Positions 24,872 to 39,612 are shown, numbered from the stretch's first letter. The stretch is DNA of 64,000 bases from Camelus ferus (GCF_009834535.1 NC_045696.1:70186001-70250000), one strand, 5' to 3'. The notes: a model not told the origin generated them from the sequence alone. Numbers and translations: made by a program.

Positions 24872-25310
24872 GCATTCATTTCTTAGGTCTGCTGTAACAA
24901 ATCACATGAACTGGATGGCTTAAAGCAACAAAAATGTATTTCCTCACAGTTCTTGAGACTAGAAGTCCAAAATCAAGGTATCAGCAGGGCAATGCTCCCT
25001 CTGAAGGCTCTAGGGAAGAATATTTCCTTACCCCTTCCTAACTGCAGATGGCTCCCAGTGATCCTTGGTTTCTTGGCTTGCAGTTGCTTCACTCCAAACT
25101 CTACCCACATGGCCTCTTCTCTGTATGTATATTGCTGGGTCCTCTCTTCTTCTTATAAAGATATCACTCATTGGACTTAGGGCCCACCCTATCCAGAATG
25201 ACCTCGTATTAACTTAAATAATCATAACTACAAAGACTATTTCCAAATAAGGTCATATTCTGAGGTTCCAGGTGAATATCAATTCTAGGGGAACACTATT
25301 CAACCCACCA
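24872..25310 (-). mobile_element. MLT1B/C-like solo LTR
   Basis: ggcttaaagcaacaaaaatgtatttcctcacagttct, aagtccaaaatcaaggtatcagcaggg, ctatttccaaataaggtcatattctgagg. Confidence 0.8.
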
Positions 25311-25554
25311 CAACACACAATAGTGTCCCTTATCAAGTTCTCTGTCTTCATTTCCTGCACTCCTACCCCTAGGCTCTGATAATCAAAGTGAATGGCTCGT
25401 TCTCCTAACCTACTAGACTACTTGACCTTGCTGCTGCTCTCCCTAGAGTGCCCTGTCACCTCTTCCTTGCTTCTGCTTATACTTTAAGACTATTCAAAAT
25501 CTCTTCCTTCAGAATTCTCTGATGACCCTCCTGGATCTGTTGGAGGTGTTTCAA

Positions 25555-26125
25555 AGTTAACATATCTACCTCACATAGTCACTATTTTCATGTGTCTGGT
25601 GAGAACACTTAAGGTCCACTCTCTTAGAAAGTTTCAAATATACTAAACTGTATTATCAACTATAGTCACCATGCTGTACAGTAGAGCTCCACAATTTACT
25701 CATGGTATAACTGAAAGTTTGTGCCCTTTGACCAGCATCTTCCTATTTCCCCTTCCCCATCCCTGGTAACCACTGTTCTACTGTTTCTATGAGTTGGATG
25801 TTTTTAAAATCCACATATAAGTGAGTATTTGTCTTCGTCTTATTTCCCTTAACATAATGCCCTCCATGTTGTTTCAAATGGTAGATTTCCTTTTCTATGG
25901 CTGAATAATATTCCATTGTATAAATACACCACATGCTCTTTATCAATTCATCTGTGGATAGACACACAGGGTGTCCCCATAACTTGGCTACTATGAATAA
26001 TGCTGCAATAAACATGGGAGTGCAGAAATCTCTTGTATATTCCTATTTCATTTCCTTTGGATATATACTCAGTAGTGGGATTGCTGAATCATTTGGTAGT
26101 TCTATTTTTTGTTTTTTGAGAAGCC
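25555..26125 (-). mobile_element. L1MA-type 3' end
   Basis: Minus-strand ORF track gives MFIAALFIVAK...[13 protein letters not shown] (ORF2 C-terminus), followed by 3'UTR. Confidence 0.85.
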
Positions 26126-26127
26126 TC

Positions 26128-26452
26128 TACAGGTTCTACATCCATAGGTTGAACCAATTGTGGAAAGAAAATATTTGGAAAAAAAATTCCATAAAGTTCC
26201 AAAAAGCAAAACTTGAACTTGCCGTGTACCAGCAACTATTTACACAGCATTTACATTGCATTTAAAACTATTTGCGTAGCATATAAATTAGATATTTTAA
26301 GTAATCTAGAGATGATTTAAAGTATACAGAAGGATGTATGTTGGTTATATGCAAACACTAGGCCATTTTATATAAAGAATTTGAACATCTGTGGATTTTG
26401 GTTTCTGAGGGAGCCCTGGAATCAATCCCCTGGGGATACTATGGATGACTGT
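26128..26452. mobile_element. MER2/MER2B-like Tigger MITE
   Basis: aaagttccaaaaagcaaaacttgaa, aagtaatctagagatgatttaaagtatac, ctggaatcaatcccc...gactgta. Confidence 0.75.
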
Positions 26453-27716
26453 ATTTCTTTTAATTTTATGCTTTGTTTGACTTTTCTACATTTGGTCATG
26501 AAATTAGGCTTCTGTGACTGTTTTAGCTGTTTACTGTTTACTGTTTACCACACTGTCTCTTACTGTGTTAGCAAGTTGGGACATACATTATCTTAAGAAT
26601 GCTCACAATTTATTCCTGAGAAATTGTACATTACAAACTGTGGCTCTGGCACTTTCAAGCTGTGTAACCCTGCGCAAATTACGTAGCATTATCTGTATAA
26701 TGGAGATAATGACAGCAGTGGTGGTGGTGGTGATAATTATGACAATACCTGCCTATCTATGGTTACTGCAAAGGTTAAACGAGATAAGGCGCGGCAGCCC
26801 AAAGCACACTGCCGGCTTACAAATGTTTGCTAATATTTTAATGAATCTAGTCAGTCACTAAATCCAATTGATTCCATCTAAATATGATTCAAGGTTTCAC
26901 CCTATTCTTGATTCACACATCTTCCCCTCAGGTTCCTTTCATCTCTCACCTGGCCTATAACAGGAACCTCTAAACATATCTCCTTGTTTCTAATCTCTTT
27001 CCCCTTCAATTCATACAGGTATGATCTTTGTAAAATACAATACGATTATTTCATTCCCCTGATGAAAATCTTTCCATGGCTCCCCATCACTTAAACCAAT
27101 ACTTTCCAGATTTCATTCATTACCATACCTCTTCCCACGTGTTGCAAATGCTTCCTCTGCCTAGGCTCTCTTCTCCATCTTTCGTCCTAACAAATTTATT
27201 CCCCATGATTTACCTTATCTGCAATAAGGATGTCACTTAATGTGAACTGCAGATTTTATTCCAGATCCTTATTTTGAACTTTAAAAAACTCTTTGAGTGA
27301 CATATAATTTATGTACATGAAATGCACAGATCTCAAGTGTTCCAGTTAATGAATGTCAGCAATTCTATACATCTATGTAACCACCACCTCAAACAGTATC
27401 TAGAACATTTCTAGAACGCTAGAAAGTTTTCTGATGCCCATTTTCAGTCAACAAAATATCTTCTTCCACCATCCCAGCCAAAAATGTTTTGGCAAAAAAG
27501 ATTTTAGAGGTCACAGAAAAATCATAACTTTTCCCATTGATAATAAAAGTGCTTTGCATGATTGCAGCTTCACAATCATTGTTATGGGTCTTACATTACT
27601 GTGCAAAGTAGGGGTTTTCTGTGTTTTTTAACATTTCATTTTGTCTCCTTTTTGGCATTTTAGCTGTATCTGTTTATGTGTATATGTACATGTACATGTT
27701 AATGGTTACTCTAAAG

Positions 27717-27928
27717 TAGAAGTCAGCAACTAAAGCATGTGGGCCAAATCCAGCTTGTTGCCTTTTTTTTTAAAAAAATACTTTATTAGAACACAGCCCT
27801 TCTCATTTATGTATTGTCTTGTTTTGTGCTACAACAAGTGTTAAATAGTTTCTACAGAGACCATCTGGCCCACAAAGCCTTAACTATTTATTATCTGGCC
27901 CTTTACAGAAAAAGTTTCCAGACCCTTG
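27717..27928 (+). mobile_element. MER58A-like hAT MITE
   Basis: gtgggccaaatccagc...ctggccctttacagaaaaagtttccagaccc; 8-bp TSD ctctaaag (27709-27716 / 27929-27936). Confidence 0.8.
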
Positions 27929-27936
27929 CTCTAAAG

Positions 27937-28105
27937 TGACAGTTCTTAAATCTTAGCATATATCAGAGTCACAGAAAGACTGCTGAGCCATATCCCCAGA
28001 GTTTCTGACTCAGGTCTGCAGTGGATGGAACCAGAGACTTTCATCTCTAACAAGCTCCCAGGTGATGCTGCTGCTGCTGGTCAGACTACACTCTACGAAC
28101 CACTG
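27937..28105. mobile_element. MER5A-like hAT MITE
   Basis: ccccagagtttctgactcag, tctaacaagctcccaggtgatgctg, gaaccactg. Confidence 0.8.
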
Positions 28106-31039
28106 CTTTAGACATTATATTACACACTGTTAACTTATTACAGTCTTTCATACTTTATTATACTACTTCAAACCCAATGTTTGTGCTCTTGTTGTCATAT
28201 ATTTTATTTCTTTATATGCTCTTAACTCTATTGTACATGATTATTATTTTTGCTTTAAACAGGCCATAATTTTTTGTTAATTAACACACACTGAAATTGA
28301 CTTCTTATGGTGTACAGTCCCATAAGTTTTAATTTATGTATAGATTCTTGCAATTGCCATCACAATAAATTCCTCTGTTATAGGATCTAGTAGAAAAGAG
28401 GAGCATGAACAAGTGAGGAATTTTACCACAGAGATGGAAAGTATAAAAAAAGAATCAAAAGGAAATTCTAGAAATAAAAAATATAAAAACTGAAGAATTC
28501 ATTTGATGGGCATAAGGATCTTGCTATTGAGTAAAGGTAACTTCTCTACTGGGTGTAAGGTTCTCATGCTTTCTGTTCTTTTCCTTTATTCAGTGAACCA
28601 GCACTGTTAACATCCACTTACATGTCCGTGATTTCCAATTTGTATTTATTGCTTCTAATGTATCTTGTATGATTTCTTAAACGTATTGTTTAAAAACTAC
28701 TCTTGAAACTCAATTGGAAAAAGTTCTGGCAAAACTTTTTTTCCTTTCAGTTTCTCAAAGCAGCCATATAAACCACTTTATTTTTCGTGTTTGTTCCTAG
28801 GGACCTTATTGTCTAATCATTTTCCAGGCAAGAGATTATAAGGCAGTCCTTTTCAGGTTTTCAAGTAGTAACTTTTTATGATCCTTCTTTGATGGGTTTA
28901 TTTTCTGGTTTATGATCCCCTGGTTATTTTAGGGAACTTGAGCAAGGAAAGCTTGTTGTTTCCTAGATACTTGGCAAACCACTGTGCCCTCACCCCCAAC
29001 TTATTAAATTCTGAAAGCTGTTTAAGGACAATGGAAGGACAGTCTAGAAATGGAGTTCAGTAGCTTTTAAAACTTCCATTCTGATTTTTATAAAGGATCA
29101 GGCTGCCAGAAAAAGATCTAGTTTCTTTCAGCTCCCAGGTCCAGGTTAAGCAGTAGAGTCTTCCAAGGATCTTTCCATTTGACCCCCACAACCCCTAGAT
29201 GCCTTCTGTGGTATGTCTCACCCTCTTGGTTATTTATACTATTGTAATACAGACTAAAACTTGGTTTTCAATTTCTAATGTAAAATTCTTTTTACTGTCA
29301 CCTAAGTTGTTATACTGCCTCTAATCATTTGCCTAAGTATCTCTCTTGCCTGTTTTTCTTTGATGAGGTTCTGCAAAGGGTGTGTTTTCTTTGTGTTGCA
29401 TTTATTGAGAAGTAGAAAAAATGTTGTTCTATACTTTCCAGATGTTCCATAATTTCTTTGATGTCTGTAGGACAACACATGTGACTTGTTTCTGTGATGT
29501 TTGCATTGCAAATGTATTTTAAAATGAATTTTATCAGGATCCATCAAAACATTTTGTTATGGAAACAATGGTATACATCTCACAACATGGTATTCAAGAT
29601 TTATTCCTTAAATTCTACAGAGTAATGCAGTATATTTTATTATTTGGTTATGATTACATTTTGGTCTGGTGAGGAAGGCAGAGTGAGATATTATCATCCC
29701 ACTTTCCAGATGAGGAAGTTGACACATGGACAGAGATGATTAAATGAAACAGCACACAAAAGAAGTATCTGTGACAAACCCTGGTATGTATCTGTGTGTG
29801 TGTGTGCGTGTACATATACACAGAGAAACACACACACACATATATATCTTTATTATATATATACTTTGCAAAATGAGAGTGAAGGCAATCATTTTTTCTT
29901 TATAAGAATATATTTCACCACTATCAAAAAGCAAATTAGTGGCATATCTCAAGTTAGAGCTTCTTAACTTCTAGTCATATATAGTCCTTCTAGTAAGGTC
30001 TACTCAGATGTCACAGATAACATTTCCATATCTGGTTATGAGCTTTCCACATTCAGAACAAACTACTATCTACTACAGTCTCAGGGTTTAAAATACAATC
30101 CAAAGACACTACAGAGACACTTAAACTTTCTTTTCTTTAAGTGTTTCTACTGGCATTACATACCATTTTAACTTCTTCCTTAGATCTCTTTCCCTGAATA
30201 GAGCATTCAGCCAAATTCTGATTTAGGTGACGTTTGGCTTTGATTCTTTCTACCTTCTCTTTTGGTTCTTCTCCTACTTCTTATGTGACAATCCATACCC
30301 CATAAAAATGAGTTCATGGGCAGAAACAACAGGTAGAGGAACCTGATTAGGACAGTGAACTGTGAGTCAGAGACTATGAATTCCATGGAAAAAACAAACA
30401 GAAGAAAGGCCTTCAAGCAAATAGCAATGGGGATTGCTATAGGAGTTGAGTGATTTGAGAGAAGCAAGGGGTTGGAGATGGCCAGGCAGTGAGTGAGCAG
30501 GGCAGAGCAGGCCAGACAAGTATATGGAACCAGCAGCAGGCAGAATGTAAAGCGTAATAATGTAAGTCTAATAATGTAAGAGTGACCTTTAGTACTCTTT
30601 ATTCCTCTTATTATGGCAAATTCCAATCTAATGTGATAGTGGCCCAGAATCCTACCAGTAGTAATAACAGTTGGCTGGCTGACCAGTCAATATGGGGTAA
30701 GGAGTAATCACAGCTCTTTTGGCAGAAGAGTTTTCTTTACTCTGTTGAAATGGATGCAATTACAGTAATTCACACCAAAGAGGGAGAGAATGATCCTTAA
30801 CATTATGTATGGAGAGAGAATGATCTTTAACATTAAAAGTATGTTTTGAGGAGACGACCAAAGCAACACCTCTCTGAGTTATCTCTATACCATACTCATG
30901 CCTATATTTTAGTTCAAAACTCCAGGTGAAAAAAGGCTTCTGTGGTCAAACAGGCTGAGAAATGCTGCATGACCCTCTTATTAGAAATATTAACATTATA
31001 AGGTCCTGAGAAGTCTTGAAGTACATAAACTCATTTAAT

Positions 31040-32220
31040 CTTATTTAATAGACTTTTATGGTTAGTGCTTTCAGTGCCCTGTTCAAGAAATCTTTGCATA
31101 TCCCAAGACTGCAGATATATTTTTCCTTGTTTTTTCTCACTTTCTGGTTCTGAGTTTTATATTTAGATCTATGATTCATACCTATTTAATTTTTGTGTAT
31201 GGAGTGAGAAAGACGTAGAGGTTTTTTCCCCCATTAAAAAATCCATTTGATCCAGCAACATGTTTAAAAAGACTATCCTTTTCCCATTGAATTTACTTGC
31301 TACCTAGATCAAAAATCAATTGACCTTATATGTGTATATCTATTTCTTGATGCATTTTTCCGTTCGATTGATATATTTATCTATCCTTAAGGCAATACTT
31401 GGTTAACTGTAGCTTTACAGTCTTGAAATCACATATCCCCCCATCTTGTTTCTTTTCAAGATTGTTTTATCTCTTCTATATTCATTGTGCTTCCAGATAA
31501 ATTTTAGAATCAGCTTGACAATTTCTTCAAAAATGCCTGCTAGAATTTCGATAAGAGATTGCATGGGATCTATAGATTAATTTATAGAGAATCAGGATCT
31601 CAACAATTTTGAGTTCTATAATCCATGATTATGGTACGGTTGAATACATGTTTGAATTGCATGGGTCCATTTACACTCAGATTTTTTTCAATAGTAAATG
31701 CTATGGTACTACATTATCTGAGGTTGGTTGATACTGCGAATTTGGAACCTGGATATGGAGGAACTGTATATATGGAGGGCTGACTATAAGTTATATGCAG
31801 ATTTTCAATTGTGTGAAGGTCATCAGCTCTGCTAACACTCGGCTTGTTCAAGAGTCAACTGTATATATATATTACACTATTTATTTTGATCTTCTTTAGT
31901 TTTTCTCAGCAATGTTTTACAGTTCTCAGTATAGAAGTCTTGTGATCTTTTTAAAGATTTATTTTTATGTATTTGGTATTTTAATGGTGATATTTTCATT
32001 TATTTTCTAATTGTTTTAGCTGAACTAATTATTTCAAATACAGTTTTTTATACTGACTATAACCTATAGCCTTGTTAAATTAATTAATAAGATCAAATAG
32101 TTTTCATAGCTTCTGCAGGGTTTTCTATGTATGTAATCATGCTGTGTGTGGATAATAACAGTTTTGCTTCCTTTCTAAACTTTGGCTTTTTATTCTTTTT
32201 TCTTGCCCTATCATGGTGGC
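31040..32220 (-). mobile_element. Old L1 ORF2 fragment with nested Tigger2-related MITE (~31636-31862)
   Basis: aagaaatctttgc, aattttagaatcagcttg, atctatagattaattt. The MITE ends ttgttcaagagtcaactgta. Confidence 0.75.
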
Positions 32221-32439
32221 CCTATACCAAGCACATAATATACATCATCTCATTTAATCTTTGTAAAACTCAGTGATATTCCTATTTTACAGATAAGAAA
32301 ACTGAGGCTGAGAAATGTCCCATAACTTGCCCAATCAATTTTGCACATCTATTAATAGATCTAGAATTCAAACCCAGACACACTTACTCCAAACCAATAC
32401 CTATGATTACTAAATTTGGAATATTAGGAGGCACAAAAG

Positions 32440-34200
32440 CAAAAAGTGTTATCAAATTAAAAATAGGAAAAAAACCTCATTAAAGGGCAAAGTATCAGTT
32501 TACAGAAAAAAAGAGCAAGTTGCCTTAAATATGAAAAGATGCTCAATCCCACTCAAAATGAGGGAAATACAAATTAAAACCATGCTAAAATGGTGCAGCC
32601 ACTAAGAAAACTATAGTGGTCTCTCAAAAGATGAAAAATAGAATTACCATATGATCCAGCAATCCCACTTCTGGGTTTATCCAAAAGAACTGAAGGCAGA
32701 ACCTCAAAGAGTTATTTACATACTCACAGTCATAGCAGCATTAGTCACTATAGCCAAGAAGCGGAAGCAATCTACTTGTCTATAGATGGATGAATGAATA
32801 AACAAAATGTGATATTTACAACACAATGGAATATTATTCTGTCTTAAAAATGAAGGAAATCTTGTCATATGCTATAACATGGATGAACCTTGAGGACTTT
32901 ATGTTAAGTGAAATAAGCCTCACAAAAACACAAAAACTGTAGGATTCCACTTATATGAGATATCTATACTAGACAAATTCATAGAAACAGACAGTAGCCC
33001 CTTGCTAGGGGCTGGGGGAAGGAGAAATGGAAAGTTGTTATTTAATGAGTAAAGAGTTGAAGTTGTTGTTGTTCTTACTGAAGTATAGTTGATTAAAGTT
33101 TCAGTTTTGTGGGGGGAGGGTATGGCTCAGTGCAAGTGTGTGCCTCACATGCACACGGTCCTGGGTTCAATCCTTAGTCCCTCAATTAAAATAAATAAAT
33201 AAATAAACCTAATTACCAACCCCCTGCAAAAAGAGTTTCAGTTTTGCAAAATGAAAACGTTCTAGAGATCTGTTTCATAATAATGTTAAGTTACTTAACA
33301 CTACTGAATTGTACACTTAAAAATGGTTATGATGGTAAATTTTATGTTATTTTTTAAATCACAATTTAAAATTTTAAAAACTATTTTTAAAACCGTAACA
33401 CAAATTTTATTATAAATTCTAAAAAAAACCCTGCTGAAACCATTATTTAAGCTATTTGGCAAAAATTCAAAAGTCTGATAACACTCTCTTATATGGTTGT
33501 TGCTTATAGGAATACAAATTGGTACAATCCCTATGGAACACAGCTAGGCAAAATCTAGGACACTTTTTGATGTACCAATTCTACTCTAGTGACTTTAATA
33601 TTGTTTTAATGTGTGAAATGGTATGTGCCCAAGATTGTGAACTTTGGCATTGTTTACAATAAGAAGATACTGGAAACAACCAAAATGCCCATTACCGGAT
33701 GATGTTAAATCAGTTGTCATACATCTATTCATTGAAATACTATGCAGCTATAATACTATGTATTTATTAATTTATTTTTAAATTGAAGTATAGTCAGTTT
33801 ACAATGTTGTGTCAATTTCTGGTGTACAGCACATTGCTTCAGACATACATGAATATACATATATTCAACATGCAGCTTTTAAAAATGAGAATGTTCACTA
33901 TGTACTGATATGAAACGAGATTCAACATGTATCATAAGTGGAAAAATTAAGACTAGTACATATAATAGTATGCATAAAAAGGAAGGAAGTAAAAATCTGT
34001 TTATACTTTTATATTGCCTTGATATATAAAGAAACTCTGGACACATGAAAAAATAATAATAGTGATTTGGGTGCCCTGAAATGGGAACTAAATGGGTAGG
34101 CGACTGGGGAAGGAAGACTTTTCAATGTATACTTTTTAAAATGATTTGGCCTTGGAACCATGTGAATATATAATCTATTCAAAAATTCAATTAAAATCCC
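32440..34200 (+). mobile_element. Ancient L1ME-type 3' region with nested L1MA/MB 3' end (~32590-33400), a SINE and a small antisense L1 stub (33750-33869)
   Basis: gaattaccatatgatccagcaatcccacttctggg; ggatgaaccttgaggac. The stub has TSD atgcagct (33742-33749 / 33870-33877). Confidence 0.75.
33110..33233 (+). mobile_element. tRNA-Ala-derived SINE (Vic-1-like)
   Basis: ggggagggtatggctcagtg...ctgggttcaatcc; TSD agtttcagttttg (33097-33109 / 33234-33246). Confidence 0.9.
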
Positions 34201-34244
34201 TATGCTTAAAAATAAATTTTAATGGCACCAACTGACATTAAGTT

Positions 34245-34730
34245 ATTCATAAAACAAATGTTTACCAAGTATCTACTGTACGTCAGGTAGGCACTATTTT
34301 GGGCACTGGCAATACAGCACTGAACAAGATAGAGTTCTTGCCCTCGGAGAATTTATATTCTAGTGGAAAAGACTATATATATATTCTGAATAAGATAAAT
34401 AATGCCAGGTAGTTATTTAAGAAAAAGTAAATCAGGGTAAAGGAAAAAGCAGCGATACAGTGAAACTGAAGCAGTGGTGCCTTTGAGGAGGAGGCATTTG
34501 AATGAAGGGAAGGAAGAAACAATGCGGGGGAAAGCGTTCCAGGCAGCAAAAGCCGGGACACAGGAACAGTCTTCATGTGTTCCAGAAACAGCAAAAAAAT
34601 TTACGTAGCTGGTGCAAACTGTGAGAACAATGGTAGGCAATGATGCTAAACCTTCGGTCAGAAGGAAGATCTTATGGGCTTTGTGGAGCAAAGGGTTTGG
34701 ATGTTAGAGACACCTATTGGAGATTTTAAA
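34245..34730 (-). mobile_element. L2 3' fragment
   Basis: aacaaatgtttaccaagtatctactgtacgtcagg, atacagcactgaacaagatag, aagcgttccaggcag. Confidence 0.7.
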
Positions 34731-37099
34731 AAGATCTGAAAGGGTTCTGGTTAAGATATTGCCAGTGCACACCTGTATGGCCTTCCAGGTGGTTCAAAGA
34801 CTGAAATACTTCAAATATGATTAGGAAATAGCTGCTTCCCTGGTAATAGTATCACCTGCCGTGCTGGCTCCTCTCCCAGGATACCCAATCCCCTCCCCTC
34901 CATGAACCAATAACAAAATAAGTAGCCTGGCCTAGCAGTGGTTTTTGAGTTGGGGGAGTTAAATTAGCTCAGGAACCTAGAATCACTGCAATTCAGCAAT
35001 CTAAAAGATGAGCCAAGGTTTCCCTTCATTACAGGTCTACAGCTTGCTTACGACAGTGTGTCTTGGGCTTCCATCCCACCAAGGGTCAGCTGGGGCCCAA
35101 TTCCATTGTCTGGGCCCCTGCTTAGTCCAGCAGGAATAACAGGCAGGTTTGAGAAAAAGACTCAATGTCCCTGAGGTCTAAGATGCAGCTAGAGGAGAGG
35201 GGAAACCCAGTGTACTTCTATATAAACAATCCATCTCAGTACTCTCAAAGTAATTTGAAAGATTACTGGCCCACAGCCAGACTTTATAACTTTTATATAA
35301 TATATTAACCACATAAAACTATTTCTATGTTCAAAGTCGTACAATTGTGGAGTACCAGGAGGTTTTTTTTAATTTTTGTTTTTTAATACATCATGGCAAA
35401 GGGAAATAGAAAATATCAACCTCCCTAACACCAAATGCAATCTTAATACTCTCATAGCCACACTCAATAAAATCAATGTTTGTATAACAATGTGTAGTTC
35501 CTAGACTCCGAATCTCAACGTAGAACTACTACAGCTGAAATACAGCAATTCTAATTTCACATATGAAATTTATTTTACACACTGTGGTACTAGGAATTCA
35601 GTCTGGAAAATTAGTACACATGTCAAAATCTTAAAAACAGATTTCTCCAAAGCTACACTAACTTTCTAAGGCTGCTTGCCATTTTCATCCACTTCACAAA
35701 TTTACTCCCCTTTGAAAACACATTTTGCCGCTCTTAAATCTAGGATCCCAACATCTGATTATGCCGTATTAGTTCTACTTAGTTCTCATTCATTTGATGT
35801 CTTTGAACATCGAAACCTCCAGTTTAATTACTAAGAGACTACCACATACTTGCTAACATAAACTTGTAACATGAAACTAAACTAAAGGAAAAGCAACTGA
35901 AAAGAATATCAGGGAGAAATCTAAATACTACTTAGAAATTATCAGTCTCCGGGCACCAGATTTATATTTGATCACTTTTATTTTCTGACCACAAGCACCT
36001 TAATTCAACCAAAGGTAAGACATTAAAAGTCATCTCATGCAAGCAGGAGGTCCTGTGCTAGCAGAACACTTGCTGAAAAACTTTATGACTTTCCTTTTCA
36101 TTTTAAAAAAGAAAACTACTCGTGAAATGCCAAAACTTTCTTGTACGTAGGTCTAATACACAAGATTTAGGGCCAGGTAAGACCTTAACCTTAGGTGGAA
36201 TTGTTCCTACCATATTTTCATATTCAAGTATCAAAATATTAAAAACAAAACAAAACAAAACAAAACTACTTACACCACAGCAACCTGAAGTCTGCACAGA
36301 CAGCATGAAACTACCAGCAGCCGCCTATTTCCTCACAGACTAAACTTTGTTCCCTTCCTGGCTGGTTCTGGATCGAGTTCACACTGATACACATTTACCA
36401 TGGCCTTGGAAGCTACCACTCAACGAGGTGGGAGGGTTTGTTAATTTAACTCCTGCTTGATATCCACTTATCAGCAACTTCTCAAAGGTCAAGGTGAACA
36501 TGTTTAAAGAGACAAATGCAAGGAAGATTCTAGAGAAAGCCTGAAAAATTTCATAACCTCTGATGGCTGAGTTTTGGTTTCAGAGGGGATTTCCTTCTTG
36601 TAAGTTCCTGGAAAAAAACAAACAAACCAATACAATAGTCCTCTAAGCATCAAAAATCTTGTTTTCGTCCTCTGATAAAAGTTTTCCCTCCTCCTCAGAA
36701 TACGTACATTGTGCAATCATGGCAGAAAGAGGCCAGAAGTTGCTACGATAGTATCCCATCACCTCCATTCTCCCCAACTCCCTCACTAGTTAGGGAAGTA
36801 ATGCAGAGTTCTTGTTAAACTTAGTGCTTTCTGACACTGAAACCACTTGCTGATCTAATGTAAAGTGAGAACTTGGATCCCAAATTCTGTTCTTCACAAG
36901 ATAAAATGTTATGCTGCTTCATCTCTTTCCACATCCCTAAGCTTCTTTCCCTCTGAGCTATTATATTTCTGCAGTTGTGCATTAGCCTTTGAAGTAGAAA
37001 CCATTTATTATGTACTTACTGCACTAATCACTTTATAAGCATTATACCATTCTCACCTAAGCAATAAATTTCAGGATCATCTTCAATTCTTCTTAGTCT

Positions 37100-38340
37100 G
37101 ATTCTCTGTATCCAGTTTAGCCCCTTCACCATCCTGGTGGTCCTCTGCAATAAGCACTGTGGTAGGCAGAATAATGGCCCCTCTACAGGTGTCCACACCT
37201 TAATCACCATCTGAATAAGTTACCTTACACAGCAAAGGTACTTCATACGTGCAACTAAGGTTAAGAAGTTTGGGATGGGGTGACTATCCAGATGTGTCTC
37301 ATCTTTCCCAGCTGTGGTAAGAGAGAGGTGCTGTGAGGACTTGACTCGCTCTTGCTGGATTTGAAGATGGAGGAAGGGCACTGCTAAAAGGTGGAAAAGG
37401 CAAGAAAACATACTTTCTCCAGAAGCCCCAGAAAGGGACATGGCCCTCACAATACTTTGGCTTTAGCCTAGTGAGACCCCCCATTGGATATTTGAACTAC
37501 AGAACTGTAAGATAATAAATTTATATTGTTTTAAGCCACCAAGTGTGATAATTTTTAACAGCAGCAATAGAAAAATAATACAGGTACTTTAATTTCAAAA
37601 TGTCCTTTTGAAAACATAATGCTCAGAAGTGACAGAATACTCCAAATGAGGTCTGAGGAGAAAAAAAAAATCATGGAACTATCAAGTTCCTTAATCCAGA
37701 TGCTATAATTTTATAAACGCAACTCAAGATTGTTTCAGATTTTTACTGCATTATGCTGTTAAGTTAGTGTCACACAAACTACATCATATCAGGTGCCTCG
37801 TTCATTTTTTCAACTAATTTTGGAAATTAAATGTCGAGCTATATATTCAATCCTTTTAAATTTCACTTTGTTGGTTTTAGCTCATCCTTCTAACATTAAG
37901 ATAGTTTTGAAATCATGCCTCTGTCCTCTTTCATTGGAAGTATCTTTTTAAGCCTAACTTCATTGACTTAATTCCTATGTATTCACCAAGCTATTAGTAA
38001 ATAGATACTGAGCAGTCAAGATCAAGAATAGAGTGCTGAAACAGAGAATAGAGTTCTGTTATTAGAGACCTTCAGTTTGACATTGGTCCATGAATCAATA
38101 CTCTTTGGGTATACAAGTTTCATCATCTGCAAAAACACCTACTCTCGTGTAGCTTACTTTTTTTTTAAACTTGTCAAATGTATCAAGAGAATAAAAAGAC
38201 TTAATAAATGAAGATATGTCTACAGCATACTAATCCACCAGAATTCTACTGGAAATGGAGATGTGGTTAGTTTGATATGAGCAGTTTTTTGTTTTGTTTT
38301 GTTCTGTTTGTAATTCAATGCCCTCTTAGTGACTATCATC
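37100..38340 (-). mobile_element. CR1/L3 relic interrupted by an MLT1D-like LTR
   Basis: cccttcaccatcctggtgg, gacagaatactccaaatgaggtctga, atgtctacagcat, ggttagtttgatatga. Confidence 0.55.
37158..37582 (+). mobile_element. MLT1D-like solo LTR
   Basis: tgtggtaggcagaataatggcccc...ctacagaactgtaagataataaattt...gcagcaatagaaaaataataca. Confidence 0.85.
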
Positions 38341-38689
38341 TTTTTTAAGAGTTTACAAACTATCAGTTAATCTTCCTAGAAGTCTACTTGAAATCAAAAG
38401 GAAGTCTTCCCAATTGTAGGAAGTGACAAGAATCTCTGTCTTAAAAGAGGAGATACAGTGGAGGGAGAAGTGGGGGAATACTGTGAAAGAATGCACGGTG
38501 GGAGGAATGAGCACTGCGTGCCCCTGGGAGAGTATAAAAACCACACTTACCAAGCAGGAGTGGTTGTTGGAAAGTAGTGTGACATTAGGGTTGAAACATA
38601 CGATGTAGAGTCTTGAAAAGAAGACTAAGTTTTTAACTTAATAAATGAGAAAACAGGTAAAATTGCAAGATTTTAAAGAAGGAAAAGAA

Positions 38690-39612
38690 CAAGGACATTA
38701 ACAACCTAATTGAAAAATGGGCAAAGTTATATGCACAGCTCATAGAAGAAGAAATATAAATGGGTCAAATATATAAAAAGGCACTCCACCTCACTCATTA
38801 TAAGAGAAATGCAAATTAAAAGTACAATGACATCATTTCAACCTATCAGGTTGGCGAAGTTCAAAAAGTTGCATAAGACACAATGTTGGTGAGGTTATGG
38901 GAAAATAATGGAAGATGAATTCGTAGAACCTCTAAAAAGCAAACTGGCAATCAAATTATGAATACATATACCCTTACACTCAGCAATAACTAAAAACATA
39001 CATATATAAAAAGATATATATCCATGAATATTCACTGCAACATTGTTTGCAAAACATGTCAAACAGCAGGGAACTGGTAAATTAAATTACATTGCAAATA
39101 TCCAATGGAATATTGGAATTTAAAAAAAAAGGGCAAATTTGTGTTACTGGTAAAGAGTGATTGAGGCATATTAAGTGAAAAAAGGTAAAATACAGAGCTG
39201 TGTGTGTCTGTGTAAAGGCAGAGTCTCTCTGGAAGAACAGTCAAGAATCCAGAAACAGTGGGGTGTCTCTAGGGAAGGGACTGGAGAGCTGTGGCTCAGA
39301 GGTGGGAAGGAGACTTATATATTCTTTTCTCCTTTTTGATCTTCCAAAGTTAGTATTACCTTTTTAAAAATAAATAGATATACTAAATGGCCACATGGCA
39401 TCCTGGAATAGAAAAAGTATAGTAATGAAAAATCTGGTAAAAACCAATCTGGATTTTAGTTAATTTTCATGTACCTTTATAATTTCTTAATTTTGACAAA
39501 TAATCCGTGGTTATATAAGATGTTAACATCAGGAGAAACTGGGTGAAGGTACTATTTTTTCAATTTTTCTCTAAATCTAAAATTATTCCCCAAATTAAAA
39601 GTTTATTAAAAT
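38690..39612 (+). mobile_element. Ancient L1ME-type 3' fragments
   Basis: caacctaattgaaaaatgggcaaag, taagagaaatgcaaattaaa, taaatctaaaattattcc. Confidence 0.7.

Noticed and set aside
30207..30626. 139-aa minus-strand hydrophobic ORF
   Set aside because: Non-ATG start, no family motif, and composition expected from a purine-rich opposite strand.
30784..30835. 22-bp tandem duplication gagagaatgatc(c/t)ttaacatta; similar short duplications at ~21743-21770 and ~38025-38058
   Set aside because: Two-copy slippage duplications; not an array or CRISPR-like structure.
36103..36400. Minus-strand donor (ggt|gtaagt ~36273) and short ORFs
   Set aside because: No convincing acceptor or recognisable protein.
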